Assembly: GCA_001821135.1 (NCBI GenBank)
Contig: MHSA01000012.1
Coordinates: 6,341 to 70,340, forward strand
Direction: 5' to 3'
Length of the DNA: 64,000 nucleotides
Origin: Candidatus Taylorbacteria bacterium RIFCSPLOWO2_01_FULL_48_100
GTDB lineage: Bacteria > Patescibacteriota > Minisyncoccia > Phycocordibacterales > UBA10002
A program made the translations under genes and the position numbers. Below are positions 28,143 through 37,840 of this stretch, in pieces. Positions within the stretch are counted from its first letter, which is position 1; each line of letters starts with the position of its first letter. Below the pieces are notes generated by a model. It made no database searches, was not told the origin of the DNA, and worked only from the letters and a program-made list of their open reading frames with translations.

Positions 28143-30622
28143 CATTCACAGATATAAAACAATCCACAAAAGTGTATCGTCTTGGAGTTGCGATTGAGCG
28201 ATTTTTTCCTCTGCCGTCGCGCCTTCGCCTTGCGCGCGCGCTTGGTTTTTTCGTTATTGTTTCTTTGGCAGGCGCGCTCCTCTTTTCAATTTTCACCGCA
28301 AGTCCCGATTTTGCCGCGCGCCTCTCCGTATCCGAAGGATTGCTGACGTTTTTGCGCTATGCTCCCGGCGTTTTTTACATTGCGCTCGCCTGCTGGCTCG
28401 CGCTTTTTGCCGCGAACGCTTGTTACTATTCTTTCGCGTGCCACTCTCGCCCACCGCTTCTCCGCGAGCTGTTTTGGAAACCAGTGCCTCCCGTTTCTTT
28501 TGACGCGGCGGTCTTGATTGCGGAACTTTACGGAAACGATATTTTTCGGCGCTTCGCAGATGTTTTTTTAGGAAAGCAGATTTTCGCTCGGCTTGGAATT
28601 TCGCGTGCGGCAGTGCGCGCGTTTTTAGAGAAACCGCGCATCACAGTTTCGGCGGATACGCTTTCATTCTCACCAACAAACGGGCGTGCATTGCTGCTCG
28701 GGGATGTTGTTTTTGCTCTTTTCTCTCTTGATACGGACGGCGCACTTTTTCTTGCAGAACAAGGCGCATCCGTTCCTACCGCCATCGGCACGGCGGCGTG
28801 GGTTGAGCGCGGTCTTGCGAATATGCGCCGAAGCAGGCGCTTTTGGGGGCGTGAAAATTTGGGAAGGATTCACGGCATCGGCAAGGATTGGGCGTATGGC
28901 TCTGCGTGGCGGCTTTCGCGGTATGGTAAAGATATTTCTCTAGTTCCTGTATTTTCGCGAGTTGGGAGCGCCGAAGCCGCGCTTGCGGCGGATTCGGCAG
29001 AGCAAGTGGAATCCGTGCTTTCACGCGAGCGTGAGGCGAACGCGCTTCTAGTGGGCGATGTAGGTTCTCCTCGCGAAGCGGCAGTCGCTTTTCTTGCGGC
29101 GCGCATCAAGGAAGGGAGCGTACTTCCGCAGTTGGAGCACAAACGAATGATTGTTTTTGATACGGAGGCGTTTATAGCAGATACAAAAAACAAAACCGCC
29201 TTTGAAGGCGAGCTTATCCGTTTGTTTAAAGAAGTTGAATCCGCAGGCAATTTGATTATTATTATTCCTAATTTTCCTGAATTCTTGGAAAGCGCGGCAG
29301 GAATTGGAAGCGACGCGGTACGACTTATGGACGATTTTCTCGCCTCTCCGCGCATTCAACTTATTGCGCTCGCGGAAACAGGAGCTTTTCACCGCACGAT
29401 TGAGCCAAATGCAGAACTTATGAAGCGGTTTGAAAGGATTCTCGTGCCTCCAGCAGACGAACGCGCGGTTCTTCCGTATCTTGAAGATGAAGCGTTGCGT
29501 ATGGAAAGCGGCGGCAGGATTTTCTTTACATATCCGGCGATTGAAGCGGCAGTAAAATCAAGTGCACGGTATTTTATGGGCGATTCGCTTTTGGATAAGG
29601 CAACGGATGTGCTGTATGAGGCCGCGAGCAATGTGAGAAAAGAAAACCGCCGTGCTGTTTTGTCGTCAGATATTTTAGCGGTAATTGAGAAGAGGACTGG
29701 CGTACCTGCTGGTGCGCTAACCGAGTCCGAGCGAACATCGCTACTTGAACTGGAATCAAAATTGCGTACGCGCGTTGTGGGGCAGGACGAAGCACTCGCG
29801 GCGGTTGCGGGCGCGCTTCGGCGCGCCCGCGCGGGCATTGCGAATCCAAACCGTCCGTTCGGCTCATTTCTATTTCTCGGACCGACAGGAGTAGGAAAAA
29901 CAGAAACCGCGAAGGCGCTTGCGTCTTCTTTTTTTGGGACGGAAGACGCAACACATCGGCTTGACCTCTCCGAATATAGGACTGCGGATGCAATGGAGCG
30001 GCTTATCGGTTCGTTCGCAGTAGGAAAGCAGGGTGTACTTTCATCGCTTTTGCGCGAAAAGCCGTACGGCGTTCTCCTTTTAGATGAGTTTGAGAAGACG
30101 ACCGTGGAAATCCGGCACTTGTTTTTACAGGTACTTGATGAAGGATTTTTCACTGACTCGTCGGGCAAACAGGTCAATTGCCGCAATCTTTTGATTATCG
30201 CGACATCAAATGCTGGGAGCGACCTTATTTGGAACGCCGTGCGGCATGGGAGCGATTTGCAAGATGAAAAAAGGCGGATTATAGACGCGCTTATTGAACG
30301 CGGCGCGTTCACTCCGGAACTTCTTAACCGTTTTGATGGCGTCGTGCTATTCCAACCGCTTGTGGGGAAAAATCTGCGCACTGTAGCTAAGCTTATGCTA
30401 CAAAAGCTTGTGAAGCGGCTCAGCGAGCGCGGCATTTTGTTTGTGCCGACCGAGCGGCTGACGGACTTTGTGTCGGATGCAGGCGCCGACCCGCAGTTTG
30501 GCGCGCGTGCGATGCAGCGCGCAGTGCAAGACAAAGTAGAGCGCGCGATTGCCGACAAAATACTTAAAGGCGATATACGCCCCGGCTCGCGTGTAGAATT
30601 GTCGCCAGAAGAATTGCATTAA
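28139..30622 (+). CDS. Membrane-anchored ClpA/ClpB-like AAA+ ATPase
   Basis: VVGQDEA, FLGPTGVGKTETAKAL, RLDLSEY, LLLDEFEK, PELLNRFD, GARAMQR; N-terminal TMs. Confidence 0.88.
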   Translation: MTFTDIKQSTKVYRLGVAIERFFPLPSRLRLARALGFFVIVSLAGALLFSIFTASPDFAARLSVSEGLLTFLRYAPGVFYIALACWLALFAANACYYSFACHSRPPLLRELFWKPVPPVSFDAAVLIAELYGNDIFRRFADVFLGKQIFARLGISRAAVRAFLEKPRITVSADTLSFSPTNGRALLLGDVVFALFSLDTDGALFLAEQGASVPTAIGTAAWVERGLANMRRSRRFWGRENLGRIHGIGKDWAYGSAWRLSRYGKDISLVPVFSRVGSAEAALAADSAEQVESVLSREREANALLVGDVGSPREAAVAFLAARIKEGSVLPQLEHKRMIVFDTEAFIADTKNKTAFEGELIRLFKEVESAGNLIIIIPNFPEFLESAAGIGSDAVRLMDDFLASPRIQLIALAETGAFHRTIEPNAELMKRFERILVPPADERAVLPYLEDEALRMESGGRIFFTYPAIEAAVKSSARYFMGDSLLDKATDVLYEAASNVRKENRRAVLSSDILAVIEKRTGVPAGALTESERTSLLELESKLRTRVVGQDEALAAVAGALRRARAGIANPNRPFGSFLFLGPTGVGKTETAKALASSFFGTEDATHRLDLSEYRTADAMERLIGSFAVGKQGVLSSLLREKPYGVLLLDEFEKTTVEIRHLFLQVLDEGFFTDSSGKQVNCRNLLIIATSNAGSDLIWNAVRHGSDLQDEKRRIIDALIERGAFTPELLNRFDGVVLFQPLVGKNLRTVAKLMLQKLVKRLSERGILFVPTERLTDFVSDAGADPQFGARAMQRAVQDKVERAIADKILKGDIRPGSRVELSPEELH

Positions 30623-30642
30623 ATTTATGTTATCATCTTGCT

Positions 30643-31695
30643 ATGAAATCCAAAGAAAAACAGGAAGGGTTTTCGGCGTTGTATCGGAAATATAGGCCGC
30701 GGGAGTGGGACGAAGTGGTGGGGCAGGAGCATGTTGTAGATGCACTTCAGGGCGCGCTTGCGCTCGGGAGGGTCTCGCACGCGTACCTCTTTGCGGGCGC
30801 GCGCGGGACGGGGAAGACATCCGTCGCAAGAATTTTAGCTAGAGCTCTTAAAACAGCCGAAATTGACCTATATGAAATAGACGCGGCATCCAGCCGAAAG
30901 ATTGATGATGCGCGCGAACTTCGCGACACGGTGCTGTCGCTTCCGTTTGAATCGCCGTATAAAGTGTACATTCTTGACGAAGTGCATATGCTCACAAAAG
31001 AAGCGTTCAACGCGCTCCTCAAAACGCTGGAGGAGCCGCCTCCGCATATCGTCTTCATTCTCGCCACGACGGAAATTGACAAACTGCCGGAGACGATTGT
31101 GTCACGATGCGAACTCCATTCATTTCGGAAGCCAAACCAAAAGATGCTGGCAGAAATTGTGTCGCGCGCGGCAAAAAAAGAAGGGTACGATATAAGCCGC
31201 GCGTCTGCGGAGCTCATTGCGCTTCTGGGCGACGGCTCGTTCCGCGATGCGTACGGCATTTTGCAGAAAACAATTACTATCTCGGCTGATAAAAAGATTT
31301 CAGAAGAAGAAGTGCTGCGCGTAACAGGCGCGCCAAAGGGAGACATTGCAAATCGCATTATTCAATCCCTAGCCGAGCGCAATACAGAGAAAGGGCTTTC
31401 GGCGATTGCGGAAGCAGTCGCGGCGCACGGAGACATGAAGATATTTGCGAAGCTTATTTTGCAAAAAATGCGCTTTGCCCTGCTTTTGCGCATCGCGCCG
31501 GAAATGGAAAAAGAAATTGCGCGCGAACTCTCCGAAAGCGACTTTGCATTTCTGAAAAAAATTCCCGCAAACGGACTTACCTCGCAGACACTTCTTACTT
31601 TTCTTGAATACTACGACCTTATTGGCCGTTCTCACATTTCACATCTTCCACTTGAATTGGCTGTTATAAAGGTTTGCGAGACGGCAAAAAAATGA
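30643..31695 (+). CDS. dnaX: DNA polymerase III subunit gamma/tau
   Basis: LYRKYRP, GARGTGKT, ILDEVHML, NALLKTLEEPP, SRC. Confidence 0.96.
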   Translation: MKSKEKQEGFSALYRKYRPREWDEVVGQEHVVDALQGALALGRVSHAYLFAGARGTGKTSVARILARALKTAEIDLYEIDAASSRKIDDARELRDTVLSLPFESPYKVYILDEVHMLTKEAFNALLKTLEEPPPHIVFILATTEIDKLPETIVSRCELHSFRKPNQKMLAEIVSRAAKKEGYDISRASAELIALLGDGSFRDAYGILQKTITISADKKISEEEVLRVTGAPKGDIANRIIQSLAERNTEKGLSAIAEAVAAHGDMKIFAKLILQKMRFALLLRIAPEMEKEIARELSESDFAFLKKIPANGLTSQTLLTFLEYYDLIGRSHISHLPLELAVIKVCETAKK

Positions 31696-31752
31696 TATGT
31701 GTATAACTTAAGTATTAGAACAGTGATATGATACTATAATAAATAGTGTCTA

Positions 31753-32442
31753 TTGTTCATGATACAAAAAACAAAAGAAAAGGAAGAAGCACTTACTTTA
31801 AGACGAAATGGAATGTCATATAGCGAGATCTTGAAACGAATTTCCGTTGCAAGATCAACCCTATCACTTTGGCTTCGAGATGTTGGTTTATCGCAGAGAC
31901 AAAAGCAATGCCTAACCGAAAAGAAACTTAAAGGAATGGCGCGTGGTTGGGCCAATATTCGAAATAGAAGAATTAGAAAATCAGAATATATAAAAGAAGT
32001 TGCTCGCGCTGAAGCGGAGCAACTTATAATTGATCCGTTGTGGCTAACTGGAGTTGTTTTGTATTGGGCAGAGGGCGGTAAAGAAAGAAAATGGCGAACA
32101 GGTGAGAAGGTTTCTTTTTCCAATATGGAGTGGCGTATGCACGCCATCTTTCTTAGTTGGATTTTTCAATATGCAGGAAAGGGTATGAATGATTTAGTTT
32201 TTGAGATTTATATTCACGAAAGTGCAGATATAAGGTTGGCTAGGAAATATTGGTCAAGATTACTAAAGATAAAACCAATAGAACTTAGAATTTACTTAAA
32301 GCGGAAGAATAACAATCCACACAGGCACAATATTAATAATGAGTATCATGGTCTTTTGCGTATTTGTGTTAGAAGGAGCGTTGATCTGAATCGAAAAATT
32401 GCCGGATGGATTGAAGGTGTGGTACAGTATTTTAGTAAATGA
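31753..32442 (+). CDS. HTH + degenerate LAGLIDADG-like protein
   Basis: GMSYSEI..VARSTLSLWL HTH; GVVLYWAEGGK, VSFSN; AT-rich; ends 5 nt before a tRNA. Confidence 0.65.
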   Translation: MFMIQKTKEKEEALTLRRNGMSYSEILKRISVARSTLSLWLRDVGLSQRQKQCLTEKKLKGMARGWANIRNRRIRKSEYIKEVARAEAEQLIIDPLWLTGVVLYWAEGGKERKWRTGEKVSFSNMEWRMHAIFLSWIFQYAGKGMNDLVFEIYIHESADIRLARKYWSRLLKIKPIELRIYLKRKNNNPHRHNINNEYHGLLRICVRRSVDLNRKIAGWIEGVVQYFSK

Positions 32443-32447
32443 TACAT

Positions 32448-32518
32448 TGCCGGCTCGTCTAACGGTAGGACGTCTCCCTTTGAAGGAGAAAATTGGGGTT
32501 CGATTCCCTGGCCGGCAG
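32448..32518 (+). tRNA. tRNA-Gln(TTG)
   Basis: TGCCGGC/GCCGGCA acceptor; TCTCC-CT TTG AA-GGAGA. Confidence 0.93.
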
Positions 32519-32736
32519 TCAGTTTGAGATACATTTATTATTCATTGCGGCTGGTAAATTTACACAATTTTATAGAATAATTACCAATTATTAAATAACA
32601 AAGAAATTGAGTTTGCGAGAAAAATACAAAATGATTTCTGTAAAAATAAGATATTTTAATCTTTTATACTACCCTCAAACAACATGTAAGCAATCACGCA
32701 GTTGATTTTTTTGAGAGAAGAGTATACGATAGTTTT

Positions 32737-33639
32737 ATGAAGACAGTGTCAATTTTTCTAGGAAGCGCGTTTGTAATCTTTTTTGTAGCGCAAAATGCGC
32801 TCGCGCTTGCGCTTGTTATTCCATCACCGAAAACGGTCGGCGCGCCGCTCGCGCTCACAATTGAAGAAGACGGCGATACGATGATTGACGGTGCGCGCAT
32901 AACGCAAATTACCGGCTCAACAATTTTCGCGTCTCAATATTGGGGTACCCTTCCTGTGCGTTGGATTATTCGTACGGATGCGAAAACATCTATTAAACAT
33001 CGCTTTGGAAATCCTATTGTGATGTCTCAATTGGCAGTCGGACATTTTATAAGCGTAGAAGGAAGTTTCAACGGCAGTTCCGACTCGCTCGGTATTGATG
33101 CGAAATCAATAAAAAATTGGTCGGTATCAACTGAAGGTTCTTCTTTTGCCGGAACTGTTGTATCTGTTCCTGATGCTGGAGGGGCGTTCATTCTCCAAAT
33201 TGGAGACGGAAGTACCGTGTTCGTGAAGCCGAAAGCTACTTCAACGATAATGCGTGGCGTGGTTTCAATAATGCCAGCGGCGATTGCGCTCGGCGACCGC
33301 GTGCTTGAGACGACGGGCGTATACAACCACATTGACCGCTTGCTTTCCGCCGAGAATGTAAAGATTTTTCAGGATAAGCAGAAATTCTCACCGCGAAACT
33401 TTGAGGGGAAACTAGTTCGGCTGGACAGTATCAATCTGCCTACTATTATGGTGGTGAATGTTGGCGGGAAGGAATACACAGTGCATCTACCCGACAAAAC
33501 AATCATTCTGCGCAAAGATAAAGCAAAGACAACTCTCCAGCGATTTGTGGCGGGCGATACAGTGCGTTTTTACGGAGCGATTCGCGAAGCGGAGTGGTCG
33601 GTTGTAGATGCGGAAGTTGTTAGAACGCTTGAATTTTGA
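32737..33639 (+). CDS. Secreted protein with three OB-like (DUF5666-like) repeats
   Basis: Signal peptide; repeated LAVGHFISVEG / IALGDRV / FVAGDTVRFYG. Confidence 0.7.
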   Translation: MKTVSIFLGSAFVIFFVAQNALALALVIPSPKTVGAPLALTIEEDGDTMIDGARITQITGSTIFASQYWGTLPVRWIIRTDAKTSIKHRFGNPIVMSQLAVGHFISVEGSFNGSSDSLGIDAKSIKNWSVSTEGSSFAGTVVSVPDAGGAFILQIGDGSTVFVKPKATSTIMRGVVSIMPAAIALGDRVLETTGVYNHIDRLLSAENVKIFQDKQKFSPRNFEGKLVRLDSINLPTIMVVNVGGKEYTVHLPDKTIILRKDKAKTTLQRFVAGDTVRFYGAIREAEWSVVDAEVVRTLEF

Positions 33640-33654
33640 TACATTACTCCTGTT

Positions 33655-33737
33655 GCGCCGGTCGTATAGCGGCAATTACAGGAGACTGTAAATCTCCCGA
33701 CCGTTGGTCTACGCTGGTTCGAGTCCAGCCCGGCGCA
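33655..33737 (+). tRNA. tRNA-Tyr(GTA)
   Basis: GCGCCGG/CCGGCGC; GGAGA-CT GTA AA-TCTCC; long variable arm. Confidence 0.94.
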
Positions 33738-33748
33738 TTTTTTACCTT

Positions 33749-34912
33749 ATGAATACGAATGTACGATCTGGTTTGCGCACTTGGATTGAGATTGACCGAG
33801 AAGCAATACGGCACAATTTTACCATATTCAAGAAATTGCTCGCGCCGAAAACAAACCCGCCACGAGTCGGTCGGGTAAAGCTTATGGCAGTTGTGAAGAG
33901 TAACGCATATGGCCACGGGCTTGTTGATTTTTCTAAAGAAATGGAAAAACTCGGTGCGGACTTTCTCGGTGTGGACTCTATGACCGAAGCGCGCGCCTTG
34001 CGACGAGAGGGAATCACTCTCCCAATTTTAGTGCTCGGTTACACTATGCCGGAGTTGTTTGCCGAAGCCGCTAGCAACAATATTTCTTTGACTGTTTCTT
34101 TTTTTGAGACATTAGATGCATTCAAAGAGGTAAAATTCGCCAAACTGCTCAAGATTCATATTAAAGTTGACACAGGAATGCACCGGCAGGGATTTTTGTT
34201 CGGAGAACAAAAATCCCTGATGTCAAGAATAAAAACTCAAAAGTCAAGAATTATCGTAGAAGGTCTTTATACGCACTTTGCAAATGCAAAGAATCCCGCA
34301 TTTCCTGCTGATACGCGCACACAGATTACGGAGTTTGATAAGTGGATTGCTGCGTTTAATAAGGCAGGTTTCAAACCAATTGTTCACGCGAGCGCAACGG
34401 CAGGTGCTATGCTCTTTCCAGAAGCGCATTACGATATGGTACGCATTGGTATCGGGCTGTATGGGCTTTGGCCCGCGCGCGAAGCGCGCGCGTTTCTGCA
34501 GGACAAAATATCTTTGCGTCCTGTTCTTGAGTGGAAGTCAATTGTAAGCGAAATAAAAAAGATTCCGAAAGGCGCACGCATTGGTTACGACTTTGCGGAG
34601 ACATTACAAGCAGATACTACTATCGCTATTATTCCGGTCGGGTATTGGCACGGGTATCCGCGCGCGCTTTCTGCAATTGGGCGTGTGCTGATTAAAGAAA
34701 AAGAATGTAGAGTGCTTGGCCGCGTCAGTATGGATATGTTAATTGTTGATGTAACTGGCGTAAAAAATCTGCGCGTCGGCGACGAAGTGGTTATTATAAG
34801 CAACGACCAAACATCTCCCGCTTCTGCTGAAGGTATTTCGCTACTCACCGACAGTTCATGGTATGAAACCGTTACGCGCCTGAACCCGCTCATAAAGAAG
34901 ATTTACATTTGA
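33749..34912 (+). CDS. alr: Alanine racemase
   Basis: AVVKSNAYGHG, HIKVDTGMHRQG, VRIGIGLYG, GRVSMD. Confidence 0.96.
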   Translation: MNTNVRSGLRTWIEIDREAIRHNFTIFKKLLAPKTNPPRVGRVKLMAVVKSNAYGHGLVDFSKEMEKLGADFLGVDSMTEARALRREGITLPILVLGYTMPELFAEAASNNISLTVSFFETLDAFKEVKFAKLLKIHIKVDTGMHRQGFLFGEQKSLMSRIKTQKSRIIVEGLYTHFANAKNPAFPADTRTQITEFDKWIAAFNKAGFKPIVHASATAGAMLFPEAHYDMVRIGIGLYGLWPAREARAFLQDKISLRPVLEWKSIVSEIKKIPKGARIGYDFAETLQADTTIAIIPVGYWHGYPRALSAIGRVLIKEKECRVLGRVSMDMLIVDVTGVKNLRVGDEVVIISNDQTSPASAEGISLLTDSSWYETVTRLNPLIKKIYI

Positions 34913-34936
34913 CACACAGTCAAGATTGTGTATAAT
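34909..34936 (+). promoter_or_regulatory. sigma70-type promoter
   Basis: TTGACA-16 nt-TATAAT. Confidence 0.75.
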
Positions 34937-35022
34937 ATATGTCAGTCGAAAATATGCTGATTCTGCCTTGCGGCAGGGCTGTTTTCGCAAAAGTTCATTG
35001 TCAGTAGAAGAAACAAAAACAA

Positions 35023-36471
35023 ATGAAAAATCAAAGATACCTTATTGTGCTACTTCTTTTCGTTGCAGCGTTATTCACGCTTACCGTAAACCTCACCGCC
35101 GCCATCAGTGTTCAGAAGGTGTGGCAGCCGGACTCGCAATTGGCTCCTGCCAATACACGGGTCAGCTTCATGCAGTTCTTGCTTTTATCCGACACCACAG
35201 AGCGTGTGGACGGGATTACCATTCAAACGACAGGCACAGATGTATCCGTATACCGCCAGTCTTTGCTGGAAAACGGGTTCGGAGATATTGTTGGGACAAT
35301 AGGCATTAGGGAGAGTAACACCCAGTTTATGCCGCTTTCTTTAATCGTGAAGGCGGGTGAGCCGGTTTATTTGACACTAAAAGGAGACATGGAGCGGATT
35401 ATTGATTCTGGATACAGCGGAACGATTATTGGCACCGATGTGGTCGCAATCTGGACAGGCGCAACTGTTTCGGGTTCATTGCCGTTGGTGGGTACGCGCC
35501 ATACAGTGAACACATCTCTACAAGTAGGGGGAATCACCTCTACTGGTAGGAAAGGTTCTCATCAAAACATCACCGCGGGCGAAAATCAGGTTTTGGGAAG
35601 TATTGAAGTGACCACTTCCTCTGCAGAAAATATGCTTGTATATGGATTGCCGATTGAAATTCATTCAACTGGAGGAGACCCATCGCGGATTAGAAATTTG
35701 GTGGCAATGGACCAAAACGGAGCAATTATCGCGTCATCTCGCGGTACTAGTGTCTTACGCAAAGAGTATGGACATGCAATGTTCGCGCTTTATTCGGAAA
35801 AAGGCGGTATTGTTCTACCAAAAGGAACATCCACCATTTTCTTTAAGGGTGATACAACCGACGCGTTTTCGCGCGGTGGTACGATTGCGGTTGAAACCAA
35901 TCCGTCAGAATGGAATGCCTACGGCGTTCTTTACGGTTATCAAGGCGCTGTATCTGGTCTTGGTTCCGTATTAAGCGCAACTAGCTTTGTGCGAGTGCCG
36001 CGGTTGGATGTGAGTACGACTTCGCCACAGTATATGCAAGTGAACGCTGGCACCTTACAAGTGCCGACGCTCTCAATCTTGCTTGATGCAACAAAGTCAA
36101 GCGAAGACATACGGGTAACGCAAATTCCGATTCTCATGGTTACTTCGCCACAATGGAAACGCGATTTATCGCAACTGACACTATATGACGGCTCAACTTT
36201 GATAAGTTGGTTCCACGACGATTTGGGATTAGATGACGGCATCGCCCAACTCACACTTTATTTTGGGGCAAATGGGTTTGTGGTGCCGAAAGGTACTGCA
36301 AAAACCGTTACTGTTAAATTAAATATCAGTCCAAACGCAATCGGGTTCTACGGTATTGCGTTGGGTGATTTCGCAAATGTTGATGGTGTGGCGCTACAAA
36401 GCGGCAAAACACCAACGATGTCTGTTACGATTGGATATACGATTGTGCATGCTCAGTCCGGCAAGGGTTAA
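35023..36471 (+). CDS. Secreted beta-rich surface protein
   Basis: Signal peptide; three repeated beta-sandwich-like units (VLPKGTSTI / VVPKGTAKTV). Confidence 0.7.
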   Translation: MKNQRYLIVLLLFVAALFTLTVNLTAAISVQKVWQPDSQLAPANTRVSFMQFLLLSDTTERVDGITIQTTGTDVSVYRQSLLENGFGDIVGTIGIRESNTQFMPLSLIVKAGEPVYLTLKGDMERIIDSGYSGTIIGTDVVAIWTGATVSGSLPLVGTRHTVNTSLQVGGITSTGRKGSHQNITAGENQVLGSIEVTTSSAENMLVYGLPIEIHSTGGDPSRIRNLVAMDQNGAIIASSRGTSVLRKEYGHAMFALYSEKGGIVLPKGTSTIFFKGDTTDAFSRGGTIAVETNPSEWNAYGVLYGYQGAVSGLGSVLSATSFVRVPRLDVSTTSPQYMQVNAGTLQVPTLSILLDATKSSEDIRVTQIPILMVTSPQWKRDLSQLTLYDGSTLISWFHDDLGLDDGIAQLTLYFGANGFVVPKGTAKTVTVKLNISPNAIGFYGIALGDFANVDGVALQSGKTPTMSVTIGYTIVHAQSGKG

Positions 36472-36489
36472 GTTTTAGATTCTCACGCG

Positions 36490-36520
36490 ACCGCGCAAAC
36501 GAAAGTTTGCGCGGTTTTTT
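36490..36520 (+). terminator. Rho-independent terminator
   Basis: ACCGCGCAAAC-gaaa-GTTTGCGCGGT followed by a T run. Confidence 0.85.
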
Positions 36521-36544
36521 ATTGTGTGATAATCTACAAAAACT

Positions 36545-36703
36545 ATGTCCCAAGACCGACTTATCAAACTCGTATGTCCTTCGTGCAAGAGGGTTAATTA
36601 TTGGAGCGAGAAAAACAAGAAGAAAGTAGAGCGCAAGATAGAACTAGCGAAGTTTTGTAACTGGTGCAGGAAGCGCACGAAGCACAAAGAGGCGAAGAAG
36701 TAA
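36545..36703 (+). CDS. rpmG: 50S ribosomal protein L33 (not in the ORF track)
   Basis: MSQDRLIKLVCPSCKRVNYWSEKNKKKVERKIELAKFCNWCRKRTKHKEAKK*. Confidence 0.95.
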   Translation: MSQDRLIKLVCPSCKRVNYWSEKNKKKVERKIELAKFCNWCRKRTKHKEAKK

Positions 36704-36705
36704 AT

Positions 36706-36777
36706 CGGGCCCACCAGGACTCGAACCTGGAACTCTTCTTTTGGAGAGAAGTGTTTTGCCATTGAAACTATAGGCCC
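36706..36777 (-). tRNA. tRNA-Trp(CCA)
   Basis: GGGCCTA/TGGGCCC; CTTCT-CT CCA AA-AGAAG. Confidence 0.93.
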
Positions 36778-37748
36778 TCGTGCTCAAGCATATCAAATAT
36801 TTGCTTTTTTTGCGATGGGAGAAACCACTGTATTTCTTTATTTCTTTTAAACCAAGTCATTTGCCGTTTGGCGTAGAGGTATATTTCCGTTTGCAACTTC
36901 TCAATCATTTCTACTTTAGTCATATATCCGCGTAAGTAGCGCGATAGATATCGGTACTCAAGTCCGAGCGATTCCATCCGTTTCCACGACAGGCCGCGCT
37001 TATGTAGCCGCCGCGCCTCTTCTATCATTTTATACCTTCTAATTCGCGCGAATAAGCGCATAGAGATTTTCTTTTTTAATTCCGCGGGTGGAAGTGTGAT
37101 GCCGAGCCATACAACATTAAGCGAGCGGACAAAGGCAAGGCGTTCTGAAAAACTGGGGTGGGGGCGTGGCCATTCAATTCTGATTGAATGGGGGGGTCCG
37201 CCTGAGGCGGACAGAACGCTCTTGTCGGCGTCCGCGAGCGCGATTTCGATTGCACGCACAAGACGACGCGGATTGTGTGAATCTATTGTTTCCGCGCGGT
37301 GCTTGTTAAGTGTTTTGAGAAGTGCGAATAATTCCGGCGCGGATTTTTTCTCCAGTTTTTTGCGGAGCGCGGGGTTTGGCGGCACATCGGGAATTTGAAC
37401 GCGCCCGAGCGCGGCGTCTATATAGTGACCCGTGCCGCCGCAGATAATAGGGAGGCGGCCGCGCGCAAAAATCTCTGAGATTTTTGCGCGAGCAAGTTTT
37501 TCATAATCCGCCGCCGTGAATTGTTTTTTCGGATACGCAACATCAAGAAGGTGGTGGGGGACTCTGCGCATTTCTTTTTTGGTAATTTTACCAGTGCCGA
37601 CATTGAGTCCCTTGTACACCTGCCGTGAATCGGCAGAAATTACCTCGCCGCAAAATTTGCGCGCAAGCGTTACCGCGAGCGCGCTTTTTCCACTCGCCGT
37701 CGGTCCGACAACGACAATTATTTTTTTCTTTTTCCGTTCACTGCGCAT
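36768..37748 (-). CDS. miaA: tRNA dimethylallyltransferase
   Basis: GPTASGKS, ISADSRQVYKG, GGTGHY, YAKRQMTWF. Confidence 0.96.
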   Translation of the reverse strand: MRSERKKKKIIVVVGPTASGKSALAVTLARKFCGEVISADSRQVYKGLNVGTGKITKKEMRRVPHHLLDVAYPKKQFTAADYEKLARAKISEIFARGRLPIICGGTGHYIDAALGRVQIPDVPPNPALRKKLEKKSAPELFALLKTLNKHRAETIDSHNPRRLVRAIEIALADADKSVLSASGGPPHSIRIEWPRPHPSFSERLAFVRSLNVVWLGITLPPAELKKKISMRLFARIRRYKMIEEARRLHKRGLSWKRMESLGLEYRYLSRYLRGYMTKVEMIEKLQTEIYLYAKRQMTWFKRNKEIQWFLPSQKKQIFDMLEHEGL

Positions 37749-37840
37749 ATACTCTGTTCTCGTCTTGTGCTAATTATCCACATCTTTCTTTATCTTCTAA
37801 TTCGCGCGAATTAGAAAGTAAGGGTATGATGTATCGTATC

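Noticed and set aside
29389-30558. Long antisense ORFs (also 10762-11571, 55961-56758, 62252-63139)
   Set aside because: Shadows of real genes on the opposite strand; no motifs
34955-34995. Riboswitch in the leader of the surface-protein gene
   Set aside because: Only one short hairpin; no recognisable aptamer motifs
36706-36777. UGA recoding as in Gracilibacteria/SR1
   Set aside because: Conserved genes (gyrA, prfA, dnaX, alr) end at TGA at the expected lengths, and no tRNA with a TCA anticodon is present
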